Source: an uncultured Actinomycetes bacterium
Lineage (GTDB): Bacteria; Actinomycetota; Thermoleophilia; Gaiellales; JAICJC01
NCBI GenBank assembly: GCA_963843705.1
Contig: CAWJLQ010000011.1
Span: forward strand, 163,946 to 227,945
Reading direction: 5' to 3'
Length of the DNA stretch: 64,000 nt
Shown: one piece after another, positions 46,738 through 56,032 of the stretch
Numbering within the stretch: the first letter of the stretch is position 1
Layout: every line of letters starts with the position of its first letter
The notes under the pieces: generated by a model
Database searches by the model: none
Told to the model about the DNA's origin: nothing
Seen by the model: the letters and a program-made list of their open reading frames with translations, nothing else
Translations under genes and position numbers: made by a program

Positions 46738-48615
46738 TCAGGCGGGGACGGGAGCGGCCGCCGCCCGCGGCGTGAGCAGCGCGATCATCACCGCCGGCAG
46801 CCACCAGCAGATGTAGGGGTAGAACCAGTAGCTCGCGACGATCTGGGCGGCGATCACGACCGCCGCCGCGAACGCGGCCACGCCCGCGGCGTCCTTTCGC
46901 CGCCTCGGGAAGACCACGAGGGCCACGACCCCGAGGCCGGCGGCGATCTGCAGGGCGTGCTGCACCGGCCGCAGATCCCACCATCCCGGGTGGTAGGTGC
47001 CGAGCGTCCACACGGACATCGGCGTCACGCGGCCGAGCTGGTAGGAGATGGTGCGGTCCCAGAAGAGCCGGATGCCGTCGGCGTCGAGCGCGACCATCGA
47101 GCACAGCACGAGCACGCCCGCGGTGAAGCCCAGGATCGTCGCCCTGCGGCTGCGCAGCGAGCCGAAGAGGGGCAGGATCGCGAGCGGGGCGAACTTGGTC
47201 AGCCCGGCCAGGGCGAGCAGCACGCCGCGCGCGGCCGGGGACGCGAGCAGGGCGAGCATCCATGCCACGAGCGCCCCCACCAGCGCGTCGTTGGAGTTCA
47301 TGTTCAGCGAGTAGAGCGTGAACGGGTTGGCGGCCCACGCGAACGCGAGCACGACCCCCAGCCGCCGCGAGGCCAGCCTCCAGCCGGCCACGAACAGCCC
47401 CGCGACGGCCAGGATGTCGAAGGCGGATGCGGCCACGTGCGCAGCCGGCAGGCGATCCCACAGGCCGCTCCAGCCCATCGCGATCACGGCCGGGGCATAG
47501 GCGACGTAGACGGTCGGGCCGTACGTGTCGCCGCTTTCGATCGGAGACTCGCAGCGGCCGTCGGACTGGATGTAGCCGACCGGGTCGCCGTTGAAGTAGC
47601 GGCCGTGACAGGGCTTGCCGGTCGCCTTGGGCATGTGCCCGTACGGGAGCACGCCGTCCATCAGCCGGGACGCTCCCGCCACGCCGGCGTACCCGACGTC
47701 GATCACGTTCGAGTCCTGGTTGTTCAGGCCGAGCCGGAAGCCCATCAGCGCGAAGACGAGGCCGACGAGCACGAGCAGGTGGCGGTCGCCGATGTGGAAC
47801 GTGCGCTGCGTGCGGTGCGCCCCGATCCACACCATGCGCGCCGTCAGGTAGACCATCGGCGGGTAGATCAGCGGCGTCGACCAGAACAGGTCGCCCTTGT
47901 TGAACTCCACGAGCGACGCGACGAACGAGAGCACGACGGCCAGATCGAGCGTGCGCAGCGAGAACGGCCGCCGCCAGTCGATCAGACCGGCCAGGAACAG
48001 CGCGCACAGCGGCCACAGGACGTACGCGGCGTTGGCCTTGCGGCCGTACGCCTGCGGCTGGCCGCGGGCGAGCTGCCAGGCCACCTGCGGCCCCGTCCAG
48101 ACCTCGTACGCCCTCTCGGTCGCGTCGGCGATGTGCACCTCCGCCACCTGGCTCCCGCCCGCGTAGTAGTCGACCGTCCACACGCGGTGGTCGCCGAGCG
48201 TGGAGGAGTGGCTGACGTGGCGATACTGCGCGACCCAGGTCTTCACCTTTGGCGACCGCGACGCGATCACGAACGCCTGGGTCGCGTTCAGCCGCGGCGG
48301 GCCGACGCTCGACGTGATGCTGACGTGCGTCACGAGCCCGGTGCGATCGGCGATCGTGAAGCTGGCGAGCACGTTGTGCGCGCCGGCCGGCTCGAGCAGG
48401 ACGAGCCAGCGACGATGGCGGGCGTCGTACTGGGCCTCCCAGTGCGCCCCGGGGTTCTTCAGCCGCAGCGTCTGAGCCTGCGGCTGGCCCTGGGCGATGA
48501 CGATCGCCTGGCGCCTGGTCAGGTGCGCGGCGGCCTGAGCGGAACCCACGCCGGCGAGGACGGCGAGGACCGCAACGGCCGCGACGCTACTGAAACGTCC
48601 AGAGCTTGTTGCCAA
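46738..48615 (-). CDS. Polytopic GT-C glycosyltransferase (GT87/DUF2029-like) with an N-terminal secreted PepSY-like domain
   Basis: Signal peptide, two PepSY-like modules, then a membrane domain with the LTKFAPLAILPLF pattern. Confidence 0.55.
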   Translation of the reverse strand: MATSSGRFSSVAAVAVLAVLAGVGSAQAAAHLTRRQAIVIAQGQPQAQTLRLKNPGAHWEAQYDARHRRWLVLLEPAGAHNVLASFTIADRTGLVTHVSITSSVGPPRLNATQAFVIASRSPKVKTWVAQYRHVSHSSTLGDHRVWTVDYYAGGSQVAEVHIADATERAYEVWTGPQVAWQLARGQPQAYGRKANAAYVLWPLCALFLAGLIDWRRPFSLRTLDLAVVLSFVASLVEFNKGDLFWSTPLIYPPMVYLTARMVWIGAHRTQRTFHIGDRHLLVLVGLVFALMGFRLGLNNQDSNVIDVGYAGVAGASRLMDGVLPYGHMPKATGKPCHGRYFNGDPVGYIQSDGRCESPIESGDTYGPTVYVAYAPAVIAMGWSGLWDRLPAAHVAASAFDILAVAGLFVAGWRLASRRLGVVLAFAWAANPFTLYSLNMNSNDALVGALVAWMLALLASPAARGVLLALAGLTKFAPLAILPLFGSLRSRRATILGFTAGVLVLCSMVALDADGIRLFWDRTISYQLGRVTPMSVWTLGTYHPGWWDLRPVQHALQIAAGLGVVALVVFPRRRKDAAGVAAFAAAVVIAAQIVASYWFYPYICWWLPAVMIALLTPRAAAAPVPA

Positions 48616-49036
48616 GGAAGCTGACCGGCGTCGCCACGAGGATGGCGAGCGCCGCGGCGGACGCCTTCGCCATGCCGCCGGTCTCCACGAGGGCGCGTAG
48701 GACTGCCAGGTCGAGGCACAGCGCGATCGCGCTCACGGTCAGGAAGCGTGCGTACTGGTGGTGCGGCACACCATGTCTGACGCTGAAGGTCCACAGCCGG
48801 TTCCAGGCGAAGTTGCTCGTCGCCGCCAGCACGAACGCGATCGCGAAGGCGATCGTGTAGGTGGTCACGCGGTCGGCGATCAGGAAGGCGATCAGGTTCA
48901 CCGCGTAGCCGGTCGCCCCGACGATGCCATACCGCAGGAGCTGGCGCAGGTTGTCGGGGTGGCGGACGGCGAGATGGAACCTGCGCGCGTGGCCGCGCAC
49001 ACGCACCGCCGCGGACTCTATTCCGGCCTGCTCCAT
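48587..49036 (-). CDS. GtrA family protein
   Basis: Four TM helices. Motifs LRYGIVGATGYAVN and FLGNKLWTF. Confidence 0.8.
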   Translation of the reverse strand: MEQAGIESAAVRVRGHARRFHLAVRHPDNLRQLLRYGIVGATGYAVNLIAFLIADRVTTYTIAFAIAFVLAATSNFAWNRLWTFSVRHGVPHHQYARFLTVSAIALCLDLAVLRALVETGGMAKASAAALAILVATPVSFLGNKLWTFQ

Positions 49037-49049
49037 ACGGGGGTGGATG

Positions 49050-50525
49050 CTATCGGACGCCTGCGAGCGCCGATGCCACCTGGCTCACGGCGGGAAGGCC
49101 GAAATGCCGCCGGGCGAGCGGGGCGAGGTCGGTGATCGACGGCTGCGCGCCGAGATCAGGCGGCGGCTCGAACCCTGCCGTGATGACCGGGACGATCGAG
49201 TCCTCCGCCCGCAGCGATCCGTGGCTGCCGCCGCCGGCGTGGTGGGCGCCGCCCGAGTCGGTGAACTCCCACCCCGGCGCCGCCGACACGATCACGTCGC
49301 CGGCGGTGGGACAGCGCAGCGCCCCCTCGACCCGTTCGAGCGCGTTCGGGTGGAGCACGCGGTCGAGCACGTCGGCGTCGCCCGCCACCGTGAATTCGCC
49401 TCCGCGCGCGTCGTGCACACCGGGCCCGCGCCGGAAGCGCAGCTCGCCCCCGCCGCGGCGCACCACCATCCACCCGTCGTCGCCCACGTACATGACGAGC
49501 TCGGCGGCCTCGAGCTCCGCCATGCGCTCGGCGATCCTGACGGACGGCTCCGGCGCACGGTCGAGCCGGTACACCATCGCCACCCGGTTCGACGCCGTCA
49601 CGGCGAGATCGCAGCGGGCCGGGTCGGACCGGCGGCTGGAGCGGAACAGCTCGAACCCGTCCAGCGGGGCAGCGGCGTCCGCGACGCTGTGGACGGGGCT
49701 CTGCGAGTGGTCGGCAACGACGACGACGGCATACCGGCCGAGGAACCGGTCGAGGCCGCCGGCGGCCTCGACCAGCAGCCCCAGCCCGCTGTCGGCGCCT
49801 TCGACCGCTCCCAGCACGTCGCCCGCCCGATGCTGGGCCGCGTCCGTCTCGTAGAGGTAGAAGAACAGGAAGTCGAACCCGTCCCGGGTGACCAGCCAGC
49901 GGCCGACGGCGCCGCCGTGGCGGTCGATGCCGCCCCCGAAGTTGCGCGGCGCGCCGGTGAGGTCGGAGAAGAAGAGGTCGCCGAGGAAGTAGCGCCGCGG
50001 GCCGTACACCGCGTCGACGATGCCGATCCGCCGCGCCAGCCTGCGCGCCATCGGGCGGGTGATCGGATGCCGCACACGTCCGCGGCAGATGTAGGTGTTG
50101 ACCGCAGCGGTGACGAGTCCCGCGTCCTCGAGCGACTCGAAGAGCGTCTCGGCCCTCGGGGAGAGGTGCAGCAGGTTCAGGTTGACGAGGATGTCGTCGA
50201 CCATCTGCCGGGTGCCCTCGGCGAGGGTGGCGGCGAACGACGAGCCGTACTCGACCAGGCGCCGCTCGCCCCGGTGGTACCAGGTCATCCCGGGGATGTG
50301 CGATCCGGCCGGGTGCTCGCCGGTGATCAGCGCCGACAGGCACACCGGCGTCAGCGACGGGAACGTGGAGACGCAGTCGTCGCGGCGCTCGCCGGCGGAC
50401 GCGATCGCGGCGATCGTCGGCGCACGGCCGGCGGCGATCGCGCTGTCGAGCAGCTCCGGCCCGAGGCCGTCCACCACCGCGAGGATCAGCTTCTTGGCCC
50501 GCCCCGGGGCCGCGGGAGCGCTCAT
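49050..50525 (-). CDS. Alkaline-phosphatase-superfamily enzyme (type I phosphodiesterase/nucleotide pyrophosphatase-like)
   Basis: Internal ATG at 50525 (ATGA overlap). Motifs VVDGLG, TFPSLTPVC and GGSHGS. Confidence 0.7.
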   Translation of the reverse strand: MSAPAAPGRAKKLILAVVDGLGPELLDSAIAAGRAPTIAAIASAGERRDDCVSTFPSLTPVCLSALITGEHPAGSHIPGMTWYHRGERRLVEYGSSFAATLAEGTRQMVDDILVNLNLLHLSPRAETLFESLEDAGLVTAAVNTYICRGRVRHPITRPMARRLARRIGIVDAVYGPRRYFLGDLFFSDLTGAPRNFGGGIDRHGGAVGRWLVTRDGFDFLFFYLYETDAAQHRAGDVLGAVEGADSGLGLLVEAAGGLDRFLGRYAVVVVADHSQSPVHSVADAAAPLDGFELFRSSRRSDPARCDLAVTASNRVAMVYRLDRAPEPSVRIAERMAELEAAELVMYVGDDGWMVVRRGGGELRFRRGPGVHDARGGEFTVAGDADVLDRVLHPNALERVEGALRCPTAGDVIVSAAPGWEFTDSGGAHHAGGGSHGSLRAEDSIVPVITAGFEPPPDLGAQPSITDLAPLARRHFGLPAVSQVASALAGVR

Positions 50526-51067
50526 CGCAGGACGCGCAGGCCGCGGTACTTCTGGCCCTCGCGTCGCCGCAGGCGCCCGAACAGCCAGGCGACGGCCAGC
50601 GTGGACGCGTAGCCGACGAACGGGACGACGGCCGCCGCCGCAGCGACCAGGCCGGCGCCGTCCTCGACCAGGGCGGTGCCGCGCACGTCGCCCCCGGCCT
50701 TGACCGCGCCGGAGCGCAGCCGGCGCATGGCCAGCCCGGCGCCGGCCGCGACGAGCGCTCCGACGGCCAGGCCGACATAGGGCACCTTGTCGCCGGCCGC
50801 CAGCTCGAACGCGATCCCGCCGGCCACGATCCGGCGTCCCAGCCGCGCGCCGGCCTGCGCACCGGGCCAGAGCGCGTCGACGACCAGCTCGACGGCGACG
50901 AGCGCCCAGGTGACCGCGACGGTGATGCCCTCGCCGGTCACGTGCAGCGGATCCTCGAGCCAGCCCTGGCTCGCGGCGGTCGCCGCGATCGCAAGCGGCG
51001 CGGCCGCCAGGAGACCGGCGGCGGCGGCCAGGCCAAGCCCTTGACTGACGGCGATGACGAGGTCCAT
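50522..51067 (-). CDS. DUF4126-like membrane protein
   Basis: Internal ATG at 51067. Gly/Ala-rich TM helices. The family call is from memory. Confidence 0.5.
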   Translation of the reverse strand: MDLVIAVSQGLGLAAAAGLLAAAPLAIAATAASQGWLEDPLHVTGEGITVAVTWALVAVELVVDALWPGAQAGARLGRRIVAGGIAFELAAGDKVPYVGLAVGALVAAGAGLAMRRLRSGAVKAGGDVRGTALVEDGAGLVAAAAAVVPFVGYASTLAVAWLFGRLRRREGQKYRGLRVLR

Positions 51068-51102
51068 CGGCGCGCGAATGATAAACCCCGGCCGCGGCAG
51101 GC

Positions 51103-52020
51103 TCAGCCGTGCGGGACGAAGACCTCGATCGCGTCCGGGCGGTGCGAGAACTCGACCCGCTCCACATGGCCGACGTATTCGCCGTCGATCTGGAACGCCG
51201 TGGGCTCGTCGCAGTCGACCGTGAAGGCGTGCAGGTCGTGCAGGTAGCCGACCCGGCGGCTGCCGTGGCGGGCGTGCCGCGGCCAGACGAGCGCATACAC
51301 GGGCAGCCGCCACAGGTCGCGGCTGCGCAGCTCGCGCGTGAACACGACGTCGAGGCCGTGCTCGAAGTCGGCCTGGGGCGCCGCGCGCACGGGGATCGGG
51401 CCGAGGAAGGTGTAGGGATGCTGGTTCGCGACGGCGATGTAGGAGCACCGCTGGGGCGGCCCTTCGGCCGGCGCGAGCGTCATCCGCTCGTGCAGCGCGA
51501 AGCCCTCCGCCCGCAGGACGCCGACGGCCGTCGCCAGCACGCGCAGGTCGCCGGGCCGCTCGTTTCCCGGCCGCTCGTGCCTGACGCGGTCGACGATCGC
51601 GGTCGCCTCCGCGTCGAGGCCGAGGCCGGCGGCGAAGGTGAACAGCCGCCCGTTGGCGACGCCGAGGCCGATGCGGCGCGTCGATCCCGCCGCGATCGCC
51701 GCCGCCAGCTGCTCGGCCGCGTGGACGGGCGTGTTCGGGAACCCCAGGTGACGGGCGAAGACCGACGACGCGCCGGCGGGCAGGACGCCCATCACCACCC
51801 CCGGGCGCAGGCCGTTCGCGATCTCGTTGGATGTCCCGTCCCCGCCGAGGCCGACCACCGCGCCCTCGCTGACCTCCGCCGCCAGCTCGGTGGCGTGGCC
51901 GGCGTGCTCGGTCGTCACCACGTCGACGTCGCCCACCTGCGCCAGCGCGCCGACGACGCCCTCCAGCACGGCATCCGAAACGCCGGTGGCGACGGCGTTA
52001 CAGATGAGGCGTACCCGCAT
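51103..52020 (-). CDS. Diacylglycerol-kinase-family lipid kinase (YegS/BmrU-like)
   Basis: GGDGT motif (GLGGDGTSNE). ATG at 52020 is preferred over 52056. Confidence 0.8.
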   Translation of the reverse strand: MRVRLICNAVATGVSDAVLEGVVGALAQVGDVDVVTTEHAGHATELAAEVSEGAVVGLGGDGTSNEIANGLRPGVVMGVLPAGASSVFARHLGFPNTPVHAAEQLAAAIAAGSTRRIGLGVANGRLFTFAAGLGLDAEATAIVDRVRHERPGNERPGDLRVLATAVGVLRAEGFALHERMTLAPAEGPPQRCSYIAVANQHPYTFLGPIPVRAAPQADFEHGLDVVFTRELRSRDLWRLPVYALVWPRHARHGSRRVGYLHDLHAFTVDCDEPTAFQIDGEYVGHVERVEFSHRPDAIEVFVPHG

Positions 52021-52028
52021 GGCGCCGC

Positions 52029-52035
52029 TACGATA
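52029..52035. promoter_or_regulatory. Overlapping divergent -10 boxes (TACGAT on plus, TATCGT on minus) in the 22-bp gap between start codons 52020 and 52043
   Basis: The sequence GCTACGATATCGGC gives a spacing of 8 nt on one strand and 9 nt on the other. Confidence 0.45.
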
Positions 52036-52042
52036 TCGGCCC

Positions 52043-52465
52043 ATGCCAGCCTCCACAGTGCGGACATACGCCGCCGCCGCCGCGGTGCCCGCGATGACCG
52101 TCGTCGTCGCACACCTCGCCTACGTGTGGCATCAGCACCCGTCTGCAGCCGACCGCCAGTCCACGGCCTTCAGCCACGGGGTCGGGCTGGCCGCCATCCT
52201 CGCAGGGGTGCTTGCCGCCGGGCGGCTGGCGCAGTGGCTCGAGGAAGGCTCGTCGCACCTGTGGCCGGGCATCGTGGCAGTCGTCGCGACCATCGCCGTG
52301 CTCGCCCACCTGGCGGACGACTGGCGGGCGGGCTCGACCGCCGTGCGCAGCGTCCACATCCTGCTGGTGCACCTCGGCCTGCTGGCGGCAATCGCCGTCG
52401 GCGCCTTCCTGGCCGGACGGCTCGAGACGGCAGCCCGCTCGCAGCCGCCGCCCGTGCACAGGTAG
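52043..52465 (+). CDS. Hypothetical membrane protein (140 aa)
   Basis: Four TM-like helices and high GC3. Confidence 0.4.
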   Translation: MPASTVRTYAAAAAVPAMTVVVAHLAYVWHQHPSAADRQSTAFSHGVGLAAILAGVLAAGRLAQWLEEGSSHLWPGIVAVVATIAVLAHLADDWRAGSTAVRSVHILLVHLGLLAAIAVGAFLAGRLETAARSQPPPVHR

Positions 52466-52523
52466 GCGGCGCCGCACCGGGCCAAATCCCGGCTCAATTG
52501 CGCACGCGTACAACTGGCGTGTG

Positions 52524-53054
52524 ATGCCGTACCTGCGTCGGAGCCTGCTGGTCGCAACGGTCGCGGCCGTGGGCGGCACGAGCGCGGTCATCCTCGCGCG
52601 CGCCCAGCTCACCGGCCCGCCGGCTGCGCCGATCCGCCAGGTCGTCGCACCGCCGGCCGGCGAGCAGCCGCCGACGGCGAACGCCGCCGAGGTGTCTCGC
52701 GGCGACGCCAACCGCGCCCCCCTCGGCATCGCGGGCGCGCGGGTGAGCCCCGGGCTGGCGGCCGCGATCGACCTGCCGGTGGACGACGGCGTCCTCATCG
52801 GCACCGTCCGACCCGGCTCGCCGGCGGCCAGGGCGGGCCTGCGCGGCGGGTCGTCGTCGGCGACCGTCGACGGCCGCACGCTGACCGTCGGCGGCGACAT
52901 CATCGTGTCGGTGGACGGCCGCAGGGTCGCGCGCCTCTCCGACCTCACCCGGACGCTCGCGAACCTGCGCCCGGGATCGCACATCACGCTCGGGATCATC
53001 CGCGGCGGGCAGGACATCCAGGTGCCGGTGATGCTGGGAGTGCCGGCCGGATAG
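52524..53054 (+). CDS. Secreted or anchored PDZ-domain protein without a protease domain
   Basis: N-terminal hydrophobic segment. PDZ pattern GVLIGTVRPGSPAARAGLRGG...GDIIVSVDGRRV. Confidence 0.6.
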   Translation: MPYLRRSLLVATVAAVGGTSAVILARAQLTGPPAAPIRQVVAPPAGEQPPTANAAEVSRGDANRAPLGIAGARVSPGLAAAIDLPVDDGVLIGTVRPGSPAARAGLRGGSSSATVDGRTLTVGGDIIVSVDGRRVARLSDLTRTLANLRPGSHITLGIIRGGQDIQVPVMLGVPAG

Positions 53055-53056
53055 CC

Positions 53057-53081
53057 GCAAAAGTCGCGCCCTCGGGCGCGA
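53057..53081 (-). terminator. Intrinsic-terminator-like hairpin (TCGCGCC-CTCG-GGCGCGA) followed by CTTTTG on the minus strand, downstream of the CDF gene
   Basis: 7-bp stem at 53064-53081, with AAAAG immediately 5' on the plus strand. Confidence 0.45.
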
Positions 53082-53135
53082 GCCGCCGGGGCCCCACCCA
53101 CCTGCCACGGGGCCCCGGCGACCTCTCCCGGCGCC

Positions 53136-54485
53136 TCAGGTCACCTCGACGATGACGTCGTCGACGTCGGCGAGCACCTCGCGCACCGCGTCCTCGACCC
53201 GGCTCGCAAGCGCGTGCGCGTCCCGCACCGACGTGCCGGGATCGGCGTGCAGCGACGTGACCACGAGCAGGCGCGTCCCCTGCCGGTAGATCACGACCTC
53301 GCCGGTCGTCCCGGCGACCGAGCGCACGGCCGCCTGGGCACATGCGCGCACCTCGGGTTCCGCCGCGCTGACGTCGCGGGCCGGCTGGGCGTCGGGGGCG
53401 GAGGGCTCGACGTGGGCGTAGACACGGGCGATGCCGACCTCGGCCAGGATCTCGCGCTTCAGCCGCTCGACCGCGTCGGCGGCGCGGCGGAGGCTCGCGT
53501 CCGCGGGCAGGCGGAGGTGCAGTGTCACCGCCCGGCCCGCGTCGTCCTCGAGCACCGTGATGTTGTGCGCCTCGACGATCCCGGGCACGCGCAGGGCCGC
53601 CGCCGCGACCCGCTCGCTCGCCCGCTCGCCCGCCAGCGCGGCCGGCTCGACGTGCACCTGCACCTGCGCCCTGCCCAGCGAGTCGCGCACCGCCTGCTCC
53701 ACCCGGTCGGTCGTCGTATGGGTCGTCTCGAGGCTCTCCAGCCGTGAGACGCCGATGACGACGTCGGCGAAGCTCTCGCCACCGGCCTCCCGCACCCGCA
53801 CGGAGCGCACCTCGGCCACGCCCGGGACGCCGCGCACGGCCCGTTCGACCACGCCCGCCAGGCCAGAGGGCGCCCGGTCCATCAACGCGTCCACATTGCC
53901 ACGCCCCAGGCGCACGGCCGCGACGAGCACGATCGCGCCGACGAAGATCGCCGCCACCGAGTCGCCTCCCGGAACGCCGCCGGCGGCGAGCCCGAGCCCG
54001 GCGAGCACCGCGAGCGTCCCGGCGAAGTCCGACCCGAAGTGCCAGGCGTTGGCGATCAGCGCGGCGTTCCGCTGGCTGCGGCCCGTGCGCAGCGAGACCG
54101 TTGCCCGCGTCGCGTCGACGACGAGCACCAGCCCGATGACCGCGAAGACGTAGGCGTGCGGGTGCACCGGCGAGCTGCCGGACGAGAGCCGCAGGACCGC
54201 CTCGGCGGCGATCCAGACGGCCGCCCCGGCGAGGAAGACGGACTCGCCCAGGGCCGCCAGATGCTGGGCCTTCCCATGCCCGTACTGGTGCTCGGGGTCC
54301 GGCGGCCGCTCGGCCACGCCGACCGCGAACAGCGTCAGGACCGCGGCCACGGCGTCGATCCCGGAATGGGCCGCTTCGGCCAGCACGCCGAGGCTCCCCG
54401 ACGCCAGTCCGACCGCGAGCTTGACCCCCACCAGGACGATCGCGGCGACGAGCGAGACCAGCGCCGTGCGCCGCGCGGTCGACAT
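53136..54485 (-). CDS. Cation diffusion facilitator (CDF) transporter with three tandem C-terminal cytoplasmic domains
   Basis: CDF TM motifs (LAEAAHSGIDAVA, HQYGHGKA). ATG at 54485 has TAGAAT 7 nt upstream. The C-terminal half shows three similar modules of about 75 aa. Confidence 0.8.
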   Translation of the reverse strand: MSTARRTALVSLVAAIVLVGVKLAVGLASGSLGVLAEAAHSGIDAVAAVLTLFAVGVAERPPDPEHQYGHGKAQHLAALGESVFLAGAAVWIAAEAVLRLSSGSSPVHPHAYVFAVIGLVLVVDATRATVSLRTGRSQRNAALIANAWHFGSDFAGTLAVLAGLGLAAGGVPGGDSVAAIFVGAIVLVAAVRLGRGNVDALMDRAPSGLAGVVERAVRGVPGVAEVRSVRVREAGGESFADVVIGVSRLESLETTHTTTDRVEQAVRDSLGRAQVQVHVEPAALAGERASERVAAAALRVPGIVEAHNITVLEDDAGRAVTLHLRLPADASLRRAADAVERLKREILAEVGIARVYAHVEPSAPDAQPARDVSAAEPEVRACAQAAVRSVAGTTGEVVIYRQGTRLLVVTSLHADPGTSVRDAHALASRVEDAVREVLADVDDVIVEVT

Positions 54486-54492
54486 GTTCCGG

Positions 54493-54498
54493 ATTCTA
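54493..54498 (-). promoter_or_regulatory. -10-like TAGAAT, 7 nt upstream of the CDF ATG at 54485
   Basis: TAnnnT hexamer in an AT-richer divergent region. Confidence 0.45.
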
Positions 54499-54549
54499 TT
54501 GGCCACGGATTGTCTTTTCGGCGCCGGAAGTGCAATGATTCCCTTGGTC

Positions 54550-55209
54550 ATGGGCGCAAGTGACGGCGGCAACGGCGCGGATCGCAGCCAGGTGAGGTGT
54601 CTGGTCGTGGACGATCACGCCGCGGTCCGCGAGGGCGTGAAGATGATCCTGACACGCGATCGGGAGATCTCGGTCATCGGCGAGAGCAGCTCGGGCGACG
54701 GGGCCGTCGACATGGCCGACAAGCGCCGGCCCGACGTGATCGTGATGGACGTGCGCATGGACGGGATGGACGGGTTCGAGGCGACCCGCAAGATCATCGC
54801 CGCGCACCCGGAGATCGCCGTCATCCTGTACACGGCGCACGGCGAGCGGGGCCTGCTGGCGGAGGGGCTCGACTGCGGCGCCCGCGGGTACGTGCTGAAG
54901 GATGCGCCCCCGGACGACATCGTCCGCGCCGTGAAGCGGGTCGCCGAGGGGGGAGCATACGTCGATCCCACGCTCGCCTCCGAGCTGGTCGCGCCCAAGG
55001 CGACGGAGCGGCTGCCGGCCCTCTCGGGCCGCGAGCGCGAGATCCTCGGGCTGCTCGCCAACGGCTATTCGAACCCCGAGATCGCGCAGCGGCTGTTCAT
55101 CAGCCCCGAGACGGTGCGCACGCACGTGCGGAACGCGATGACCAAGCTCGAGGCGGATACACGCACCCAGGCGGTCGCGCTCGCGCTCCGCTATGAGTTC
55201 ATCGACTGA
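54550..55209 (+). CDS. NarL/LuxR family response regulator
   Basis: REC domain (VVDDH, DVIVMDVRM) plus LuxR HTH (LSGREREILGLLANGYSNPEIA). The start could be ATG 54550 or GTG 54592. Confidence 0.85.
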   Translation: MGASDGGNGADRSQVRCLVVDDHAAVREGVKMILTRDREISVIGESSSGDGAVDMADKRRPDVIVMDVRMDGMDGFEATRKIIAAHPEIAVILYTAHGERGLLAEGLDCGARGYVLKDAPPDDIVRAVKRVAEGGAYVDPTLASELVAPKATERLPALSGREREILGLLANGYSNPEIAQRLFISPETVRTHVRNAMTKLEADTRTQAVALALRYEFID

Positions 55210-56032
55210 CCGCCGCCTGGCGGCGGCGGTGGCCGTGGCCACAGCGCTCGGAGTCGGCGCACTGGTGATGGTGACCCGGTCGAGCCGCCTGCACGACGTG
55301 TTCGTGCTGGCGGCGGTGGCGGTCGCCTGGTACGCGACCGACCGCGCCCTGCGCACGACCCACGCACTGGCCGAGCGGGGCCGCGAGCAGGGCGAGGTCT
55401 TCGACCAGATGCTGCGCACCATCGACGGCGAGCGTGCCGCGGTCGCCGCCCGACTGCACGACGGGCCGCAGCAGACGATGACCGCCATGCGGCTCATGTG
55501 CGACGTCATCGGCGACTCGATCCGCACGGGCGACCTCGCCCGCGCCACCGAGGTGCTCAAGCGCCTCGAGGATGTCGCGTCGACAGCCGCCGACGACCTG
55601 CGCCAGACGGTCGCACGGCTGTATCCGGTCGTGATGGAGCAGCAGGGGCTGATCCAGGCGCTCGGGTCGCTGGCCGAGACGGTGCAGGAGGAGTACGGCG
55701 TGAACGCCACGTTCACCCGGCCGTCCGCCGTCTGGGAGCCGGACAACGACCGCGACACGGCCATCTTCCAGATCGCCCGCGAGGCGGCGATCAACGCGGC
55801 CCGGTACGGCCGCCCGCCGGTCGCGATCAGCCTCGAGCGCGAGAACGGGCGCATCTTCCTGGCCGTCGAGGACAGCGGCGGGGCGCTCTCGACCGCCGCC
55901 CACGGCATCGGGATCCGGATGATGCGCGAGCGGGCCAGCCGGATCGGCGCCGCCATCACGCTCGCCGGCGAGGCGGGCCGCTCGGCCGTCAGGCTCGAGA
56001 TCCAGACGCCGAACGGCTCCCCGCCGCGGTGA
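55193..56032 (+). CDS. Sensor histidine kinase, HisKA_3 type, with a minimal two-helix N-terminus
   Basis: H-box RLHDGPQQ, N-box REAAINAARYG and G-box GIGIRMMRER. Confidence 0.8.
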   Translation: MSSSTDRRLAAAVAVATALGVGALVMVTRSSRLHDVFVLAAVAVAWYATDRALRTTHALAERGREQGEVFDQMLRTIDGERAAVAARLHDGPQQTMTAMRLMCDVIGDSIRTGDLARATEVLKRLEDVASTAADDLRQTVARLYPVVMEQQGLIQALGSLAETVQEEYGVNATFTRPSAVWEPDNDRDTAIFQIAREAAINAARYGRPPVAISLERENGRIFLAVEDSGGALSTAAHGIGIRMMRERASRIGAAITLAGEAGRSAVRLEIQTPNGSPPR

